Source: Alphaproteobacteria bacterium
Lineage (GTDB): Bacteria; Pseudomonadota; Alphaproteobacteria; Rs-D84
Length of the DNA stretch: 56,565 nucleotides
Reading direction: 5' to 3'
Assembly: GCA_017520675.1 (NCBI GenBank)
Contig: JAFXFG010000003.1
Location: 1-56,565, forward strand
How positions within the stretch are numbered: the stretch's first letter is position 1; each line of letters starts with the position of its first letter. A program made the position numbers and the translations under genes. This document shows positions 54,369 to 56,565 of this stretch, in pieces. Under the pieces are notes generated by a model. That model had not been told where the DNA came from. It made no database searches and was given only the letters and a program-made list of their open reading frames with translations.

Positions 54369-54398
54369 CTTGAAATCAATGAAATTTAAACTATATCT
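54369..54398 (+). promoter_or_regulatory. sigma-32 (RpoH)-type heat-shock promoter candidate for groES-groEL
   Basis: CTTGAAA (54369-54375), 15 nt, then CTATATCT (54391-54398). Compare the consensus CTTGAAA-N13-15-CCCCATNT and the alphaproteobacterial CYTATNT. Confidence 0.45.
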
Positions 54399-54431
54399 GT
54401 GGTACAGCATTTTAACCAAGGGAGTTTTATA

Positions 54432-54719
54432 ATGTTTAAACCATTGCATAATTATGTATTGCTGGAAAGAATTGAAGAAGAAAATATAACCGCAGGGGGG
54501 ATAATTATACCTGATAATGCCAAAGAAAAACCTTCACGTGGGCGTGTCGTTGCGTGTGGTGAAGGCCTGCGTGATGGCGGACAGGTGGTTCCGCTGGGGG
54601 TCAAGGAAGCCGATGTCGTATTGTTTGCAAAATGGGCACCAAGTGCAAATGAAGTGAAATTAGATGGTAAAGATTATGTCTTAATCAAGGAAACAGATAT
54701 TTTAGGAATCATTAAATAA
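54432..54719 (+). CDS. groES: co-chaperonin GroES
   Basis: ATG at 54432 after RBS aagggag: [34 protein letters not shown]. Confidence 0.95.
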   Translation: MFKPLHNYVLLERIEEENITAGGIIIPDNAKEKPSRGRVVACGEGLRDGGQVVPLGVKEADVVLFAKWAPSANEVKLDGKDYVLIKETDILGIIK

Positions 54720-54730
54720 GGAAATAAAAA

Positions 54731-56341
54731 ATGGCAAAAGATATTACATTTGATACAGATAAATTAGCCGCAGGGGTTGATAAACTGGCTAATGCAGTAA
54801 AAATTACTATGGGGCCAAAGGGGCGCACTGTCGTTATTGAAAAGTCTTATGGGGCGCCTGTTGCAACCAAAGACGGGGTAACGGTTGCCAAGGCGGTGGC
54901 TCTGTCAGATCCACAAGAAAATATCGGTGCGCGTATGGTTCAAGAAGTCGCAAAGAAAGCAGGTGATGATGCAGGCGATGGAACAACAACCGCGACTGTC
55001 TTGGCGCAAAAGTTAATTCGTGAGGGACGTCGTGTTATTGCCGCTGGTATGAATCCAATGGATGTTAAGCGCGGTATTGATATGGCAGTTGCCGCAGTTG
55101 TGGCAGATATTACAGCACATGCGCGTCCAGTGAAAGATAGCGCAGAAATTGCACAGGTCGCAACAATATCTGCAAATTCAGATAGCGATATTGGCGAAAA
55201 AATCGCGGGTGCAATGGCGCGTGTTGGTAAAGAAGGTGTTATCACAGTAGAAGAAGCAAAAGGACTGGATACAGAAATTGATGTGGTCGAAGGTATGCAG
55301 TTTGACCAAGGGTTTATGTCGCCTTATTTCGTAACAAACAGCGAAAAGATGTTGGCAGAATTAGATGGTGCACAAATACTGGTTTCTGAAAAGAAAATCA
55401 CTGGTTTGCAGGCACTGTTGCCAATATTGGAACCTGTTGCACAGTCTGGAAAACCGTTGTTGATTATTGCAGAGGATGTTGAATCAGAGGCATTGGCAAC
55501 ATTGGTCTTGAATCGTTTGCGTGGCGGATTAAAGGTTTGTGCAGTCAAAGCACCTGGCTTTGGCGACAGACGCAAGGAAATGTTGAAAGATATCGCGGTG
55601 GTAACAGGTGCAACAGTTATTTCTGATGATATGGGAATGACTTTTGAAAATATTACACCTGCTGTTTTGGGTAGTGCAAAAAAGGTCGTTGTGTCCAAGG
55701 ATTCAACATTGTTGGCGCATGGGGCAGGGGATAAGGACGCAATTGCTGCGCGTGCCGATGAAATACGCGTCGCAATTGCAGCATCCAGCAGTGATTATGA
55801 TCGTGAAAAATTGTCAGAGCGCTTGGCTAAATTAGTTGGTGGGGTCGCTGTTATCAAGGTTGGCGGTATGACTGAGGTCGAAGTAAAAGAAAAGAAAGAC
55901 CGCGTTGATGATGCGCTGGCGGCGACACGCGCTGCGGTTGATGAAGGTATCGTTGCAGGTGGTGGTATTGCATTGGTTCGTGCAGTTGCTGCTTTGCAGA
56001 ACTTGACCGGTGCGAATGCTGATCAGAATGTCGGTATTGATATTGTTCGGCGCGCAATTGTTGCACCATGTGCACAAATCGCAGAAAATGCAGGTGTTTC
56101 TGGTGAAATAGTTGTCGGCAAAGTAATGGAATCAACTGAATATAACTTTGGATATAATGCCCAGACTGGTGAATATGTTGATATGATGGCGTCTGGTATC
56201 ATCGACCCAGCCAAGGTTGTAAAAACGGCGCTTTCTGCAGCGGCAAGCACAGCGGGTGTAATGTTGACCACAGGTGCGGTGATGACCGAAATCCCCGAAG
56301 ATAAGGTTGGTGGGACGCCAGCGATGCCGCCTATGATGTAA
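54731..56341 (+). CDS. groEL: chaperonin GroEL
   Basis: MAKDITFD...[12 protein letters not shown]...; ends in a Met-rich tail, PAMPPMM. Confidence 0.98.
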   Translation: MAKDITFDTDKLAAGVDKLANAVKITMGPKGRTVVIEKSYGAPVATKDGVTVAKAVALSDPQENIGARMVQEVAKKAGDDAGDGTTTATVLAQKLIREGRRVIAAGMNPMDVKRGIDMAVAAVVADITAHARPVKDSAEIAQVATISANSDSDIGEKIAGAMARVGKEGVITVEEAKGLDTEIDVVEGMQFDQGFMSPYFVTNSEKMLAELDGAQILVSEKKITGLQALLPILEPVAQSGKPLLIIAEDVESEALATLVLNRLRGGLKVCAVKAPGFGDRRKEMLKDIAVVTGATVISDDMGMTFENITPAVLGSAKKVVVSKDSTLLAHGAGDKDAIAARADEIRVAIAASSSDYDREKLSERLAKLVGGVAVIKVGGMTEVEVKEKKDRVDDALAATRAAVDEGIVAGGGIALVRAVAALQNLTGANADQNVGIDIVRRAIVAPCAQIAENAGVSGEIVVGKVMESTEYNFGYNAQTGEYVDMMASGIIDPAKVVKTALSAAASTAGVMLTTGAVMTEIPEDKVGGTPAMPPMM

Positions 56342-56345
56342 AATT

Positions 56346-56446
56346 AAATATAATAATTCATCTAAACGCGGTGCCGGAAACTCATGTATCATTTGTACAC
56401 ATCGTTTCCGGCACTGCGTTTATCTAAACCATTCTATTTAATTTTC
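56346..56446 (+). repeat. hairpin repeat element, copy H1
   Basis: ataattcatctaaa flank; arms cgcggtgccggaaac / gtttccggcactgcg; core tcatgtatcatttgtacacatc; tttatctaaaccattctattta flank. Confidence 0.8.
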
Positions 56447-56452
56447 AAAATT

Positions 56453-56552
56453 AACCATAATAATTCATCTAAAACCAATCCCGCCAACTTATGTAACTTC
56501 TGTACACTGCGTTGTCGGGATTGATTTTATCTAAATCATTATAATTAATTTT
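56453..56552 (+). repeat. hairpin repeat element, copy H2
   Basis: Same flanks; arms caatcccgccaac / gttgtcgggattg; core ttatgtaacttctgtacactgc. Confidence 0.8.
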
Positions 56553-56565
56553 ACCGCCTTGCAAG

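Noticed and set aside
54323-54431. CIRCE (HrcA operator) upstream of groES.
   Set aside because: No TTAGCACTC-N9-GAGTGCTAA-like inverted repeat is present.
1-56565. tRNA, rRNA, tmRNA, RNase P or SRP RNA genes.
   Set aside because: I saw no cloverleaf-like GTTCGAATC-type T-arm motif outside coding regions and no rRNA-like stretches. This was a visual scan only; tRNAscan-SE or Infernal should confirm it.

Overview
This is a low-GC bacterial chromosomal segment. I found no rRNA, tRNA, cas genes or transposase by eye. The ribosomal-protein, EF-Tu and GroEL sequences look alphaproteobacterial and host-associated, but that is a low-confidence inference. The window has four parts. (1) 1-18.8 kb is an accessory-looking region dominated by Sec-signal, cysteine-rich proteins. 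It holds a five-gene minus-strand cluster at 1-5524, three large paralogs at 11549-18814, and a 1245-aa ankyrin plus beta-barrel protein; infA sits in the middle. (2) 18.8-26.5 kb is housekeeping: mscS, fabF, acpP, a lone tyrosine-integrase-like gene, lepA, rbfA, a YqaA-like gene and mltG. (3) 26.7-30.5 kb is a surface locus with two paralogous small beta-barrel OMP genes flanking a secreted IGTLP-repeat protein gene. That gene has a ~260-nt conserved, structured, terminator-containing 5' leader. The leader and a paralogous gene recur in inverted orientation at 48.5-49.6 kb, so the two copies bracket the whole str-S10-spc-alpha ribosomal cluster (30788-47785). The cluster lacks adk and stops after rpsK, with no rpoA or rplQ. 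(4) 49.6-56.6 kb holds an MBL hydrolase, ftsH, tilS, LOG, DUF167, HIT and groES-groEL. A ~95-nt hairpin repeat family follows several genes and forms a tandem array upstream of rpsL; it has a conserved core and flanks, and arms that vary but stay complementary. The strongest candidates for undescribed biology are the riboswitch-like leader pair, the cysteine-rich secreted protein family (shared C-x6-C-[ML]-[DK]-x-[FVK]-C and C-x-x-G-G-x-W motifs), and the hairpin repeat family. All calls come from reading the sequence and the ORF track; no database search was possible.
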